DNA from: Nitrospirota bacterium
GTDB lineage: Bacteria > Nitrospirota > Thermodesulfovibrionia > Thermodesulfovibrionales > Dissulfurispiraceae
Length of the DNA: 64,000 bases
Direction: 5' to 3'
Assembly: GCA_963790025.1 (NCBI GenBank)
Contig: CAWBMP010000004.1
Location: 64,001 to 128,000 of the forward strand
The notes beneath the pieces were generated by a model that worked only from the letters and a program-made list of their open reading frames with translations, had not been told where the DNA came from and did no database searches. Position numbers and translations under genes: made by a program. Shown in pieces: positions 31,010 to 41,320 of the stretch; positions within the stretch are counted from its first letter, which is position 1; every line of letters starts with the position of its first letter.

Positions 31010-31732
31010 TTATTTGAAGTCTTCCATAACAGACCGGAGCTTCAAAAGGGCCTTGCCGTGCAGTTGGCAAACTCTAGACTCGCTTATTTCAAGGACTTTT
31101 CCTATTTCCTTCATAGTGAGCTCTTCGTAATAATAGAGGGTAAGCACAAGCCTTTCTTTTTCCGGCAGTGCGTCGATGGAGCTGCCGAGGACTGATCGTA
31201 ATTCCTTCAGATTCAGTTCATCGACAATGTCCCTGTCGTTTCTGTCAGAGATACATTCCAGTATATCCAGAGACTCACCTTCCTTATTTGTCATTCCAAG
31301 GTCCTCGAGTTTTATCATGCGCATGGTATTGGCAGTAGATAATGTCTTGTAAAGATCATCCATGGATATATTCAACCTTTCGGCAACTTCCTCATCACTC
31401 GCACTGCGGTTCAGCTCCTTCTCCAGCGATGCATAAGCGTGTTTCGTCTCATCCAATTTTTTTCTGGCATCTTTCGATCCCCACTGCATGGACCTGATTT
31501 CGTCAATAATGGCGCCCCGTATCCTGAAATCCGCAAAAGTGCTCAAACTGGCATTCAAAGAGGGTTTATACCGTTCTATTGCCTCAAGCAGCCCTATTAT
31601 TCCAGCAGACACCAGGTCTTCAATGCTTAATTCCGGCGGCAGATAAAAACCATACCTGGAAGCATAGTACTTTACTCTAGGCAGAAATTTCTCGACTATC
31701 TCTTCCTTTTCCTTCTCAGATACATTTCCCAT
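31010..31732 (-). CDS. fliA: Flagellar sigma factor sigma28
   Basis: EDLVSAGIIGL, RIRGAIIDEIR, LYYYEELTMKEIG, SESRVCQLH. Confidence 0.96.
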   Translation of the reverse strand: MGNVSEKEKEEIVEKFLPRVKYYASRYGFYLPPELSIEDLVSAGIIGLLEAIERYKPSLNASLSTFADFRIRGAIIDEIRSMQWGSKDARKKLDETKHAYASLEKELNRSASDEEVAERLNISMDDLYKTLSTANTMRMIKLEDLGMTNKEGESLDILECISDRNDRDIVDELNLKELRSVLGSSIDALPEKERLVLTLYYYEELTMKEIGKVLEISESRVCQLHGKALLKLRSVMEDFK

Positions 31733-31745
31733 AAATCCCCCAAGA

Positions 31746-31825
31746 AGCAGGCAAAGGTAAAGGTAAAGGTAAAGAAAAGACTAAAGACATTAAATAAGAA
31801 AAACTCTACCTTTACCTTTGCCTCC
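31746..31825. repeat. Hexamer tandem-repeat inverted element
   Basis: GCAAAG GTAAAG GTAAAG GTAAAG arm and CTCTAC CTTTAC CTTTGC arm. Confidence 0.8.
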
Positions 31826-31838
31826 ACCCGTTTTATTA

Positions 31839-32651
31839 TTACGTTTGACGCATCAATGCCTTTTTCAAAAAGAATTGTATATTACCTTTAACATCGTTCA
31901 TCGGATCATCAAGCAACCTTTTCGCTATAACGCCCAGTTTCTTTGAAAACGTACTGTTAGGGTACATGGCAATGTAGCCCTTCTGTGCAATAATAGCATC
32001 TTTTACATGCTGTTCATAGGGCAGATAGCCGACGTAGTCCACAGATAGTTTCAGAAATCTGTCCGCTACAATCGCCAGCTTCCGGAAGGTATCGAATGCC
32101 TCTTTTTCGGAGCGTGCAGTGTTGACGAGAATCCTGAAACACCTTTCTCCAAAATCTCTTGACAGCACCTTTATCAGGGCATAAGCGTCTGCCAGCGACG
32201 TCGGCTCCGGGGTGACAATCACAATAGTCTCCTGCGCTGCGCTGCAGAAAAACAGCACGTTGTCCGCTATGCCGGCGCCGGTGTCGATAAGAAAGATATC
32301 GAATGGCACATTAAAATTATCCAGTTCGGTGACAAGTTTCAGCCGGCTCTTATCGGAAAGTTCCGTCAACTCTCTCACCCCTGAGCTTGCGGGCAAAATC
32401 ATTATGTCCAATGGACCTTTCACAATAATGTCTTGCATCGTCTTTTCACCTAACAGAACGTGCTTCAGATTGAATTTCGGAGCTATGCCGAACAGAACAT
32501 CTATGTTGCTTAAGCCGAGGTCGGCATCGAGAATAAGGACTTTTTTGTTCAAGCCAGCATAGAACAGGGCAAGATTTGCAACAAAGTTAGTCTTGCCGAC
32601 ACCGCCTTTTCCGCTGGAAACAGCTATGATGCGTGGTCCCGCCTTAGTCAT
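31839..32651 (-). CDS. flhG: MinD-like flagellar number regulator (FlhG/FleN)
   Basis: SGKGGVGKT, DADLGLSNID, DTGAG, TPEPTSLADAY. Confidence 0.93.
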   Translation of the reverse strand: MTKAGPRIIAVSSGKGGVGKTNFVANLALFYAGLNKKVLILDADLGLSNIDVLFGIAPKFNLKHVLLGEKTMQDIIVKGPLDIMILPASSGVRELTELSDKSRLKLVTELDNFNVPFDIFLIDTGAGIADNVLFFCSAAQETIVIVTPEPTSLADAYALIKVLSRDFGERCFRILVNTARSEKEAFDTFRKLAIVADRFLKLSVDYVGYLPYEQHVKDAIIAQKGYIAMYPNSTFSKKLGVIAKRLLDDPMNDVKGNIQFFLKKALMRQT

Positions 32652-33688
32652 TAGATACCTCCAATAATCAGGCCGGCAAGAAAGTCCGATGTTGGGACCC
32701 TTATGTCGTCCGGCACACCTGGCCCTGTAGTTATAAATGATAGCGGCCTGCTTGTAAGCATGGAAATGTTGTAGAGGCCTCCGTACTGAGTAGCCATATC
32801 AAGTTTTGTAAACCCGATTGAGTCGATCATATCGCTATCGCACTTCTTCCATGCTTTAAGTGCGGAAGACACGCTCATCGATGAATCTACAAGAAAGCAT
32901 TTTTTGACAGGGAACCCGGAAGGGAATATATCTTTTATGTCGCCCAGAATATTATGGAATTCGGTCCCGGGTGTATCGATGAGCAGAGGCCCCTTCTTCA
33001 TTTCCTTATACACCATTTTCGGCAGGTCACTTATTCTTCTCGCCATTTTTAAAGGACATCGCAGTTGTTGTGAAAGCGCTTTCATGTTTGCAACAGAACC
33101 AATCCTGTCGGCATCAAGAGAGATAAGGTTTACAGGCATTCTTCTTGAAGCAAAGAGATGAGCAACTTTACAGACAGTCGTCGTTTTGCCTACGCCTGGA
33201 GGTCCGAGAAAAATCAACCCACTCTCTTCAGCCGGCAGAAGTCCCTGAATTTTGATGTCACCCTTTATGCTGTTCTTCAAACTGTCGAGTGTTTCCTGAG
33301 ATCTTTCCAGCAGAAGCATCGCAAACTGGATATCGACCCCTTGCTTTACAAGAAGATTGAAAAGTCCTTTTTTGTCCTTTCCTATTCTGAGGGTTGGGAC
33401 AATCGGCCGCAGTGTCTCTTTAAGATAACAGACCTCCTCCCGGAGCCCTCTTATCTCCCTTAACAGTTCGTCCCTTTCAGAAGCAGCCGCGGCTTCAGAG
33501 GGATTGGACAATGCTTCATCATTTTCGTCAAGGGCAACGGTAACTTCCACAGCCTCTTTACTGCGCATTCCGAACGGGCCCGATTTTACTGATTTACTCG
33601 ACAAAATTATTGCGTCCGAACCCAGTTCTCTCTTGACCGTCTCTAATGCATCCTTGAAGCTCCGCCCTACAAATTTCTTGATCCTCAT
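32651..33688 (-). CDS. flhF: SRP-type GTPase
   Basis: MRIKKF...VKRELGSDAIIL, GPPGVGKTT, DTPG, TKLD. Confidence 0.92.
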   Translation of the reverse strand: MRIKKFVGRSFKDALETVKRELGSDAIILSSKSVKSGPFGMRSKEAVEVTVALDENDEALSNPSEAAAASERDELLREIRGLREEVCYLKETLRPIVPTLRIGKDKKGLFNLLVKQGVDIQFAMLLLERSQETLDSLKNSIKGDIKIQGLLPAEESGLIFLGPPGVGKTTTVCKVAHLFASRRMPVNLISLDADRIGSVANMKALSQQLRCPLKMARRISDLPKMVYKEMKKGPLLIDTPGTEFHNILGDIKDIFPSGFPVKKCFLVDSSMSVSSALKAWKKCDSDMIDSIGFTKLDMATQYGGLYNISMLTSRPLSFITTGPGVPDDIRVPTSDFLAGLIIGGI

Positions 33689-33740
33689 AGTATCCCCCTT
33701 AAAAAAGCGTACGGCGTTCCGGGCACAGCGCTGCACGCCT

Positions 33741-35786
33741 TTATTCCAGCTTCAGCGTTCCAATAGAAAATACTTGCGTACTAGGCGTAATCTCGCCCTG
33801 TGATACGATCATGATACTGCCTGATATCCGTTCAGCCAGTTTCTTCAGAAACCTCCTGATCGTAGGCGAACATAGCACGACCGGTTGATATCCCTTACGG
33901 ACCCCGTCCTCATAATTTTTTTTCAAGTTCTCGCTGATCTTATCAGATGTCACCGGATCAAGGGCCAGATATGAGCCCTGCGGTGTGCTCTGAACAGCTT
34001 CTATTATCTGCCGCTCAACTTTAGGGTCCACTACAATGACGGATATTGACCCATCGGTCCCCTGCAATTGTTTTGTAATGTTACGGGCCAGCGCTTGCCT
34101 GACATACTCTGTCAGTACTTCCGGGTCCTTGGTGACCGCAGCATAATCCGAAAGAGTTTCAAGTATAGTTTGAAGGTCTCTAATAGAAATTCTTTCTCTC
34201 AACAGGTTTTGCAGCACTTTCTGCACTGCGCTTAAGCCAAGAAGGGCGGGGATGAGGTCCTCCACCACTTTGGGGTGTGTTTTAATCAGATTATCAAGCA
34301 GCTTCTGTACATCCTGTTTGCCTAATAATTCATTTGAATAATTCTTTATTACTTCGGTCAGGTGTGTCGCCATCACTGACGGCACATCAACAACCGTATA
34401 GCCGAGCAGTTGGGCTTCCTCCCTGTTTTTTTCATCAATCCAAACTGCATTTAAGCCAAAAGCAGGGTCTTTTCCCGGTATGCCTTCAATCTTTGACGTT
34501 TCGGTACCTGGCGCAATAGCAAGGTATTTATTAAGCATTACATCTGCGGTAGAAACCCCAACTCCTTTTATAAGAATCGAATAAGAATGCGGCTTCAATG
34601 ATAAATTATCTTTTATATGGACCGGTGGAACAATATAGCCCATGTCCGTGACCATTTGTCTTCTGATCGCCTTTATTCTGCTCAGAAGAGTGCCGCCTTC
34701 CTCCACAAGCGGTATCAACCCGTAGCCAATGTCCAGCGATAGAGGATCAATGGGGAGCAATGATTCGAGTGTCTCGGGAGGTTTTACCTCCTCCACTGCC
34801 GGGGCTTCCACAGCTTCCTTCAGCGTGAGTTTCTGTTTTATAAAGTACGCCGTTGTCCCGGTTATGGTTGCGAGAATAATAAAAGGTAAATGAGGCAGCC
34901 CCGGAATCAGTCCGAAAAAACCCAGTATACCGGCTGTGGTACCAAGCACCTTGGGGTTCGCAAAAAGCTGATTAACCACATCGGTGCCGAGGTTCGCCTC
35001 CGCAGCCGCCCTTGTGACAATAATACCGGCGGCGGTTGAGGTGACCAGTGCAGGGATCTGTGCCACCAATCCTTCTCCTATTGTCAGTATGGTGTAAGTC
35101 TGCGCGGCTTCCGCCATAGGCATGCCCTTCTGAATGACCCCTATCATAAATCCGCCAATAATGTTGATTACCATGATAATGATAGCGGCAATGGCATCTC
35201 CCCTCACAAATTTGCTGGCGCCGTCCATAGATCCGTAGAAATCAGCCGCCCTGCTTATTTCCTGCCTTCTCTTCCGCGCTTCTCTTTCATCTATAAGACC
35301 TGCATTCAGGTCCGCATCGATACTCATTTGCTTGCCCGGCATTGCATCGAGGGTAAACCGGGCCGAAACTTCGGCAATCCTGCCTGCGCCCTTCGTAATA
35401 ACAACAAAATTTATTATTATCAAAATAAAAAAGATGACGAAGCCCACCACAAAATTACCGCCGACTACAAATGCCCCGAAAGATTTAATTACCATTCCGG
35501 CGGCCTCGATACCGGTATCGCCCTTCGTGAGAATAAGCCGCGTGGAGGCGATGTTCAAAGCGAGTCTCAGCAGCGTCGCTACAAGCAAAATGGAAGGGAA
35601 GACGGAAAAATCAAGGGGCTTTTCAGTATAAGCCGCCACAAGCAGCACAACAATAGACAGCGTAATGCTGAAAGATAAAAAGAGATCAAGCAGAAGGGCC
35701 GGCACTGGAATGATCATCAATCCGAGGACCAGCACTATGCCGAATGCCAATAAAATGTCGCTCTGTCTTAACAGCCTTTCAAGCAT
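33741..35786 (-). CDS. flhA: Flagellar export gate protein
   Basis: RFTLDAMPGKQMSIDADL, FYGSMDGASKFVRGDA. Confidence 0.98.
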   Translation of the reverse strand: MLERLLRQSDILLAFGIVLVLGLMIIPVPALLLDLFLSFSITLSIVVLLVAAYTEKPLDFSVFPSILLVATLLRLALNIASTRLILTKGDTGIEAAGMVIKSFGAFVVGGNFVVGFVIFFILIIINFVVITKGAGRIAEVSARFTLDAMPGKQMSIDADLNAGLIDEREARKRRQEISRAADFYGSMDGASKFVRGDAIAAIIIMVINIIGGFMIGVIQKGMPMAEAAQTYTILTIGEGLVAQIPALVTSTAAGIIVTRAAAEANLGTDVVNQLFANPKVLGTTAGILGFFGLIPGLPHLPFIILATITGTTAYFIKQKLTLKEAVEAPAVEEVKPPETLESLLPIDPLSLDIGYGLIPLVEEGGTLLSRIKAIRRQMVTDMGYIVPPVHIKDNLSLKPHSYSILIKGVGVSTADVMLNKYLAIAPGTETSKIEGIPGKDPAFGLNAVWIDEKNREEAQLLGYTVVDVPSVMATHLTEVIKNYSNELLGKQDVQKLLDNLIKTHPKVVEDLIPALLGLSAVQKVLQNLLRERISIRDLQTILETLSDYAAVTKDPEVLTEYVRQALARNITKQLQGTDGSISVIVVDPKVERQIIEAVQSTPQGSYLALDPVTSDKISENLKKNYEDGVRKGYQPVVLCSPTIRRFLKKLAERISGSIMIVSQGEITPSTQVFSIGTLKLE

Positions 35787-35793
35787 AATAAAC

Positions 35794-35883
35794 CTCGTAC
35801 TGCGTACTGCGTTTTAAAGGCTGCTTTAAGCCTTGTTACGCTGAACGCAGAACGCAGTATCCGGAACGATATATTCTGTACGC
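35794..35883. repeat. Heptamer tandem-repeat inverted element
   Basis: CGTACTG CGTACTG CGT arm and ACGCTGA ACGCAGA ACGCAGT arm. Confidence 0.8.
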
Positions 35884-36942
35884 TCATCGTATTTTCCCCT
35901 TGAGTTTATACACATTGGCAAGGATTGCTGCCATTGCCTTGTAAAAAACCTCCGGGATTTCCTGATCGATCTGAAGCTTGTATAAAGACCGGGCCAGCAG
36001 TTTATCTTCAAAGACCGGCACTCCATGTGCCCTTGCGATCTCCCTTATCTTTTCCGCGATCAGATTGGCCCCTTTTGCCTTTACCGCAGGAGCGCCCATA
36101 GTGGCTGAATCGTACTTGAGTGCAACGGCATAATGGGTGGGGTTGGTAATTACCACGTCTGCCTTCGGCACTTCCTGCATCATTCTCTTGCGTGCCATCT
36201 CTCTCTGCAAGCTCTTCAGCCTTGCCTTGACCCGTGGATCGCCCTCCATCTCCTTATGTTCTTCTTTCACTTCCTGTTTCGTCATTTTCAGGTCGCGTGA
36301 GTACTGCCACCGCTGGTATGAAAAATCTACAACGGCAAATATAGAGAGAACAATAACAGAGGTCATAAAAAGCTTTTTTAGTAACACAAATGAAAATTGG
36401 GCCATTCCCGAAATGTCCATGTCGGTGATAAGTGGAATATTCATCATCTCCTTTTGTAAAAGCTTATAAAGGACGAGGCCGAGGACAATCACTTTTAACA
36501 AACCCTTTGCCGCTTCGAAATACATACTAAGATTAAAAAATTTTTTGATCCCTTTCAGCGGGCTGAGCCGCGTGATGTCAGGGGTCAGAGGCTTGGTAGT
36601 TATTAAAAAGCCGCTCTGCAGAAAACCCACAGTCATAACCGCTATGAGCAATGACACGAACAGCGGGGCCATCATTAAAAGCGCTCTTATTGAATCTCCC
36701 CTGAATATTTGCACAAAAGAGGAATCCGTCAGCGAGACCTCAAAGCCTCTTTTAAGCGCCATTCTTAAGTAGTTCAGCAGCATCGTGAACATAAAACCGC
36801 CGAAAGATAGATATAAAAATACAACCCAGAGCGGCATGATGCCGACAATATCCCGGCTCTTTGGGATATTACCCTCTTCACGTGCCTTTTCACGCCTTCG
36901 CCCTGTAGCCTGTTCCGTTCGCTCCTGATCTTCTTCAGCCAT
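35884..36942 (-). CDS. flhB: Flagellar export switch protein
   Basis: ERTEQAT, EGDP, VITNPTHYAVAL. Confidence 0.97.
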   Translation of the reverse strand: MAEEDQERTEQATGRRREKAREEGNIPKSRDIVGIMPLWVVFLYLSFGGFMFTMLLNYLRMALKRGFEVSLTDSSFVQIFRGDSIRALLMMAPLFVSLLIAVMTVGFLQSGFLITTKPLTPDITRLSPLKGIKKFFNLSMYFEAAKGLLKVIVLGLVLYKLLQKEMMNIPLITDMDISGMAQFSFVLLKKLFMTSVIVLSIFAVVDFSYQRWQYSRDLKMTKQEVKEEHKEMEGDPRVKARLKSLQREMARKRMMQEVPKADVVITNPTHYAVALKYDSATMGAPAVKAKGANLIAEKIREIARAHGVPVFEDKLLARSLYKLQIDQEIPEVFYKAMAAILANVYKLKGKIR

Positions 36943-36953
36943 TCCTCTCTCCT

Positions 36954-37004
36954 AAAAAAAGCAGGCAAAGGTAAGGGCAGAGGCCTGCTTTTACCTTTGC
37001 CTGC
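36954..37004 (-). terminator. Hexamer-family hairpin with T7 tail between fliR and flhB
   Basis: Perfect 14-bp stem GCAGGCAAAGGTAA / TTACCTTTGCCTGC followed by T7 on the minus strand. Confidence 0.55.
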
Positions 37005-37005
37005 C

Positions 37006-37743
37006 TCATCTCGTAATCACCATGATGGTGTCTTTAACAGTCATAAAAGCACTTGAAATGACCTGAATACTTAGCGGCAAAGATAGGACCATAAATATCA
37101 AACCCAAAGTTATGAGTAACGGGAAGCTTACGAAAAAAACATTCGCCTGAGGAATTGCTTTTGAAAGAAATCCCAATGACAGGTTTATCAGCAACTGTAC
37201 CAGCAGCACAGGGGCAGCTATTTTAAGTGCCATCGGGAAAAAAAACGCATTCAATTTTATGACAGAACTGAACACGCCATTATAACGAATGCTGCTGACA
37301 TCAAAGCTCCGCACAATACCCTCGATGATAAAATAGTGCACGTCGAAAATAAAGAATAACGCCATAGACAGCATCGAATAAAAGAGACTCAAGGGACTCA
37401 GTTGCTCGCCAAAGGTCGGATTGAAAACTGCCGCCATCGATAAACCCATCGCCAGGCTTACCCATTGCGCCGCCATCTCAATGGCGCCCAGGATTATTCG
37501 TGTGGTCAATCCCATGGCAGAACCCACAAAAAAAGCCTCAAAAACCGCCTTTACCGGATTAGAGGCGTCAACATTAACTATCGGAAGGAGCATCAACGTT
37601 AAAGCTATTGAAAGGCCGGCCCTTATCAGTATAGGGGTTTGCTGCGCGCCGATAAAAGGAATAAAAGACAACATCACAGCCACCCTGATAAATATGGGAA
37701 TGAATTTGTCCGCATAGACATTTATCAAGTTATATAATTCCAT
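37006..37743 (-). CDS. fliR: Flagellar export protein
   Basis: Hydrophobic; MGLSMAAVFNP, PQANVFFVSFP. Confidence 0.93.
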   Translation of the reverse strand: MELYNLINVYADKFIPIFIRVAVMLSFIPFIGAQQTPILIRAGLSIALTLMLLPIVNVDASNPVKAVFEAFFVGSAMGLTTRIILGAIEMAAQWVSLAMGLSMAAVFNPTFGEQLSPLSLFYSMLSMALFFIFDVHYFIIEGIVRSFDVSSIRYNGVFSSVIKLNAFFFPMALKIAAPVLLVQLLINLSLGFLSKAIPQANVFFVSFPLLITLGLIFMVLSLPLSIQVISSAFMTVKDTIMVITR

Positions 37744-37817
37744 AATTAAAGCTTTAATTTAACTTCTTTCAACTTCCTCTTTTTCTTTGCCTTCATCTTC
37801 ATCTTTATCTTTACCTG

Positions 37818-38087
37818 TTATTTGATGTACATCGGTATATTCTCAAAAATACTTTTTGTGAAACCCACAACTGTCTTTACCATCCAGGGAAGTGCTACGA
37901 GTAAGGTTATAAAGACTGCAACAATCTTCGGAACGAAGGTCAGGGTCATCTCCTGGAGTTGTGTAACTGACTGAAAAATGCTTATCATCAATCCGATGAC
38001 AAGGCTCACCATCAATACGGGCCCCCCCACCAGCAGAATAGTTTCAAATGTCTGCCTGGAAAGCTGGTTCAATAACTCAGTTGTCAT
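37818..38087 (-). CDS. fliQ: Flagellar export protein
   Basis: FQSVTQLQEMTLTFVPK. Confidence 0.96.
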   Translation of the reverse strand: MTTELLNQLSRQTFETILLVGGPVLMVSLVIGLMISIFQSVTQLQEMTLTFVPKIVAVFITLLVALPWMVKTVVGFTKSIFENIPMYIK

Positions 38088-38866
38088 CTGAATCCCCCGA
38101 TAAGAGAACCGATCAGGAGCTGCCATCCATCGACCATGACAAAAAGCAGCAACTTAAAGGGCATGGAAACCATGACAGGGGGCAGCATCATCATACCCAT
38201 CGAGAGCAGTACGCTTGCAACAACCATATCAATAACCAGAAAGGGAAGAAAAATAAGGAACCCTATCTCGAATGCCTTTTTAAGCTCTCCGATGGCAAAG
38301 GCAGGAATCACCACCCGCATAGGCAAATCCATCGGTTTTGCAGGTCTCTCCGATTTAGACATCTTCAGAAAGAAAGCAAGCTCCTTCTCTTTAGTCTGTC
38401 TAAGCATGAACTCCTTCAGAGGGCCCCCTGCCCTGTTAATGGCATCTTCGACCCCAATCTCTTTTTTTGAATATGGTTGATACGCTTCCGAGTAAATCCG
38501 GTCGATGACCGGTGACATGATGAAAAATGTAATAAAGAGGGCCAACCCCAGGATTACTTGCGTCGGCGGCACCGAAGGAGTGCCGAGCGCCTGCCTCAAA
38601 AAAGAAAGCACTACAACAATTCTGGTGAATGAGGTGACCATGACAAGAATTGCAGGCAATATGGACAAAAGGGTCAGGAACAGGAGCAACTCAAGGGGCG
38701 TCGACAGGCCAAAAAGTCCGGCACCAGCAGGAGGGGCAGCTGTCGCCGGTGTCTGGGCTAAAACAAAAGAAGGCAACAAAAGGCAATAGGCGATAGGCAA
38801 TAGGCTATAGGTCAAAAACGAAAGACCTTTTCTGTTCTGTTTTTTTATCGTTGACCTATTGCCCAT
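38084..38866 (-). CDS. fliP: Flagellar export protein
   Basis: TSFTRIVVVL, MGMMMLPP, KLLLFVMVDGW. Confidence 0.97.
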   Translation of the reverse strand: MGNRSTIKKQNRKGLSFLTYSLLPIAYCLLLPSFVLAQTPATAAPPAGAGLFGLSTPLELLLFLTLLSILPAILVMVTSFTRIVVVLSFLRQALGTPSVPPTQVILGLALFITFFIMSPVIDRIYSEAYQPYSKKEIGVEDAINRAGGPLKEFMLRQTKEKELAFFLKMSKSERPAKPMDLPMRVVIPAFAIGELKKAFEIGFLIFLPFLVIDMVVASVLLSMGMMMLPPVMVSMPFKLLLFVMVDGWQLLIGSLIGGFR

Positions 38867-38869
38867 AGC

Positions 38870-39217
38870 CTATTGCCTATCGCCACCTTGCTTTGTCCCT
38901 AGCCATTTAAGTCTGCTTTTTTGAATTTCGCTGTACGCTTTGGGCCCATCGTCATTTGCTTTTCGCAATTCTTCAATTTCTTCACGATTCAGTTTGCTCA
39001 GGAGCGAGATGCTCTCGTCGGCTATACCCACTGCAATGTAATCATTCACTATTTTAATAATGGCTATGCCTCTCTTGGGTCCTAACGACTGATAATGGAG
39101 CATCTCGATCATCCCCTTTTGCGGCAGCATTTTTTGCTTCATAAACCTGAGCAGCAGATATACCGCAGCAAGGGTCAACAGTAAAGCTGCAGAAACTTTA
39201 ATAATTTCGAAACCCAA
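38870..39217 (-). CDS. fliO: Flagellar export chaperone
   Basis: One TM helix, LGPKRGIAII, position between fliN and fliP. Confidence 0.85.
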   Translation of the reverse strand: MGFEIIKVSAALLLTLAAVYLLLRFMKQKMLPQKGMIEMLHYQSLGPKRGIAIIKIVNDYIAVGIADESISLLSKLNREEIEELRKANDDGPKAYSEIQKSRLKWLGTKQGGDRQ

Positions 39218-39252
39218 GAAAACCTCCTATACCTCTACCTTTACCTGTTTTT

Positions 39253-39582
39253 TCATCTTAGTTGCCTTACCCGCTCCGTCGGGCTTACGATGTCCGTCAG
39301 CCTGATGCCGAATTTTTCATTCACCACAACCACCTCGCCCCTGCCTATGAGCTTTTGATTAACATACACCTCCATAGGCTCACCGGCCAGCTTATCAAGA
39401 GCGATCACCGATCCCTGTCCAAGCTGCAACAGCTCCTGAACGAGGATTTTTGTGTTCCCTATAACCACCATCAGTTCAAGCGGGACATCAAGAATAAAAT
39501 TGATATCACGATGGGTAGTCTGAGGTGGTTGGACCTCTCCTTTAAACTCCTGCACATCCAGATTTTTGACATCTTCCGACAT
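39253..39582 (-). CDS. fliN: C-ring protein
   Basis: ILDVPLEL, GEVVVVNEKFGIR. Confidence 0.96.
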   Translation of the reverse strand: MSEDVKNLDVQEFKGEVQPPQTTHRDINFILDVPLELMVVIGNTKILVQELLQLGQGSVIALDKLAGEPMEVYVNQKLIGRGEVVVVNEKFGIRLTDIVSPTERVRQLR

Positions 39583-39612
39583 TATAAAAACCTCCGTTCC
39601 CTGTACGCGTTT

Positions 39613-40593
39613 CTAATGTTTTTCATCCTGCTGTATTACTTTTGTTATTCTTAAGGCCCTGTATCCCCTGTGCACGCCGAATTTGGCTTTAAACTTGGCG
39701 CTTCCTTCAACCATCACATTGAGGTCTTCATCAACATTGCTATTAAGGACAAGCACATCCTCCTCCTGCAGATCGAGAACATCTTCGACAGTGAGCACAG
39801 TCCTGCCCAGCACTCCGGTCAAAGTGACAGGTATCTCTGTCAGCCGCTCCTTCAGACGCTCAAGCCATTTGATATCCAGTTCATCCCTGTCGGCGGAAAA
39901 AGCGCTGTATAATTTCTCCTTAATCGGCTCTACCGACCCGTAAGGAATACAGAGGAAGGCCTTGCACTGTTTACCTTCAACCTCGAGGACAAACTCTACT
40001 TTAATGACAACATCTACCGGGGTAACAATAGTTACAAACTGCGGGTTCATTTCCGAACGCACGTAGATAGGTTTGATAGGGTAAACAGGCTTCCAAGCCT
40101 CTTCCATGTCATCAAAAAAAAGTAATACTACTTTATGTATGATTTTCTGTTCTATAGGCGTAAACTCTCTTCCCTCCGGTTTATAGTAGCCTTTCCCGGT
40201 GCCGCCGAAAATGAATTCGATAAGACTGAATATCATGGAGGCGTCAAACACCAGAAGCCCGAAGCCCCTGAGCGGCTCCATCTTGAAAATGTTTATGCTC
40301 GAAGGAAATGGGACACCTCTCATAAAATCATAAAATTTGGTAATAGTGACATTGACGTTCGTGATATCCACCATATGCCTGATTACCGCTGACAGAGAAA
40401 GGCGGAAGTTCCTTGCCAGCCGCTCGTTGGCAATATCGAGGGACGGCATCCTTCCCCTGACAATCTTCTCCTGGCCGGTAAAATCATATGCCTTGACGCC
40501 GGAAGTTTCCTCCAGCTTCTCTGTTTCTACCTCTCCTTCAGCAATGCCCTTTAGAAGGGCATCAACTTCATCCTGCGAAAGAATATCTTCCAT
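39613..40593 (-). CDS. fliM: C-ring switch protein
   Basis: ILSQDEVDALL, YDF, EGREFT, SEMNPQF. Confidence 0.97.
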   Translation of the reverse strand: MEDILSQDEVDALLKGIAEGEVETEKLEETSGVKAYDFTGQEKIVRGRMPSLDIANERLARNFRLSLSAVIRHMVDITNVNVTITKFYDFMRGVPFPSSINIFKMEPLRGFGLLVFDASMIFSLIEFIFGGTGKGYYKPEGREFTPIEQKIIHKVVLLFFDDMEEAWKPVYPIKPIYVRSEMNPQFVTIVTPVDVVIKVEFVLEVEGKQCKAFLCIPYGSVEPIKEKLYSAFSADRDELDIKWLERLKERLTEIPVTLTGVLGRTVLTVEDVLDLQEEDVLVLNSNVDEDLNVMVEGSAKFKAKFGVHRGYRALRITKVIQQDEKH

Positions 40594-40607
40594 TTAACCC
40601 CCAAAAG

Positions 40608-40697
40608 ACAGGCATAGGTAAAGGTATAGGTAAAGGAAAAAACTTTTTCTCTTATTATGTTTGCCTTTTCTTTCACTCTACCGATACCTCTGCCTTC
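40608..40697. repeat. Hexamer tandem-repeat inverted element
   Basis: AGGCAT AGGTAA AGGTAT AGGTAA arm and CTCTAC CGATAC CTCTGC arm. Confidence 0.75.
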
Positions 40698-40701
40698 TTT
40701 C

Positions 40702-41202
40702 TCATTGCATGACAAATTCTGTAAGGTAAACATTTTTCACTGTGTTGTTTCCCAGAATCTGGTTTGCCATCATATTTATTTCATCTTTGAGCTGCAGTTT
40801 TCCTTCCGCCGACATCAGGGTATCAGAAGTCTTGCTCGTCAACAGATTTATGACCGCATCCCTCAGTTGCGGTGTTTTTACCTTGGCGCTTTCCATAGCA
40901 GCCTGGTTCGCAAGCTCCAATTGCATTGATACCTTCAGAAACTTGGAGGCACCCTGGTCGCCCAGATTAACTACAAAAGGGTCCAGAGCGAACATTGAAC
41001 TTTCTTCCTTCGGGTTTGCCTCTCCCTTTTTTGGTCCTTTATCACCGCCGCCGCCTGATTTCGTAAGAAAGAAAAATGCGCCGCCACCGCCCAGGATAAC
41101 AGCAACAGCAATGACTATAATAAGAATAAACTTCTTTCCCGATTTCTTTTTACTGGATCCCGTACCTTCCAAGTCAAATTTTTCGTCCTTTTCATCATCC
41201 AT
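40702..41202 (-). CDS. fliL: Flagellar basal body-associated protein
   Basis: TM helix, FVVNL, LRDAV, VYLTEFVMQ; start MDDEK with GGAGG. Confidence 0.93.
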   Translation of the reverse strand: MDDEKDEKFDLEGTGSSKKKSGKKFILIIVIAVAVILGGGGAFFFLTKSGGGGDKGPKKGEANPKEESSMFALDPFVVNLGDQGASKFLKVSMQLELANQAAMESAKVKTPQLRDAVINLLTSKTSDTLMSAEGKLQLKDEINMMANQILGNNTVKNVYLTEFVMQ

Positions 41203-41320
41203 AAAATACCTCCGAAAATAGCGTGTTGCTTCGCACTTCAAGCGGCCACAATAATCGTTGTTCCTACCACAAGCATGACTCGCCAACGGCGCAGAAAAGC
41301 TTCCAGCAATAGAATATAAA

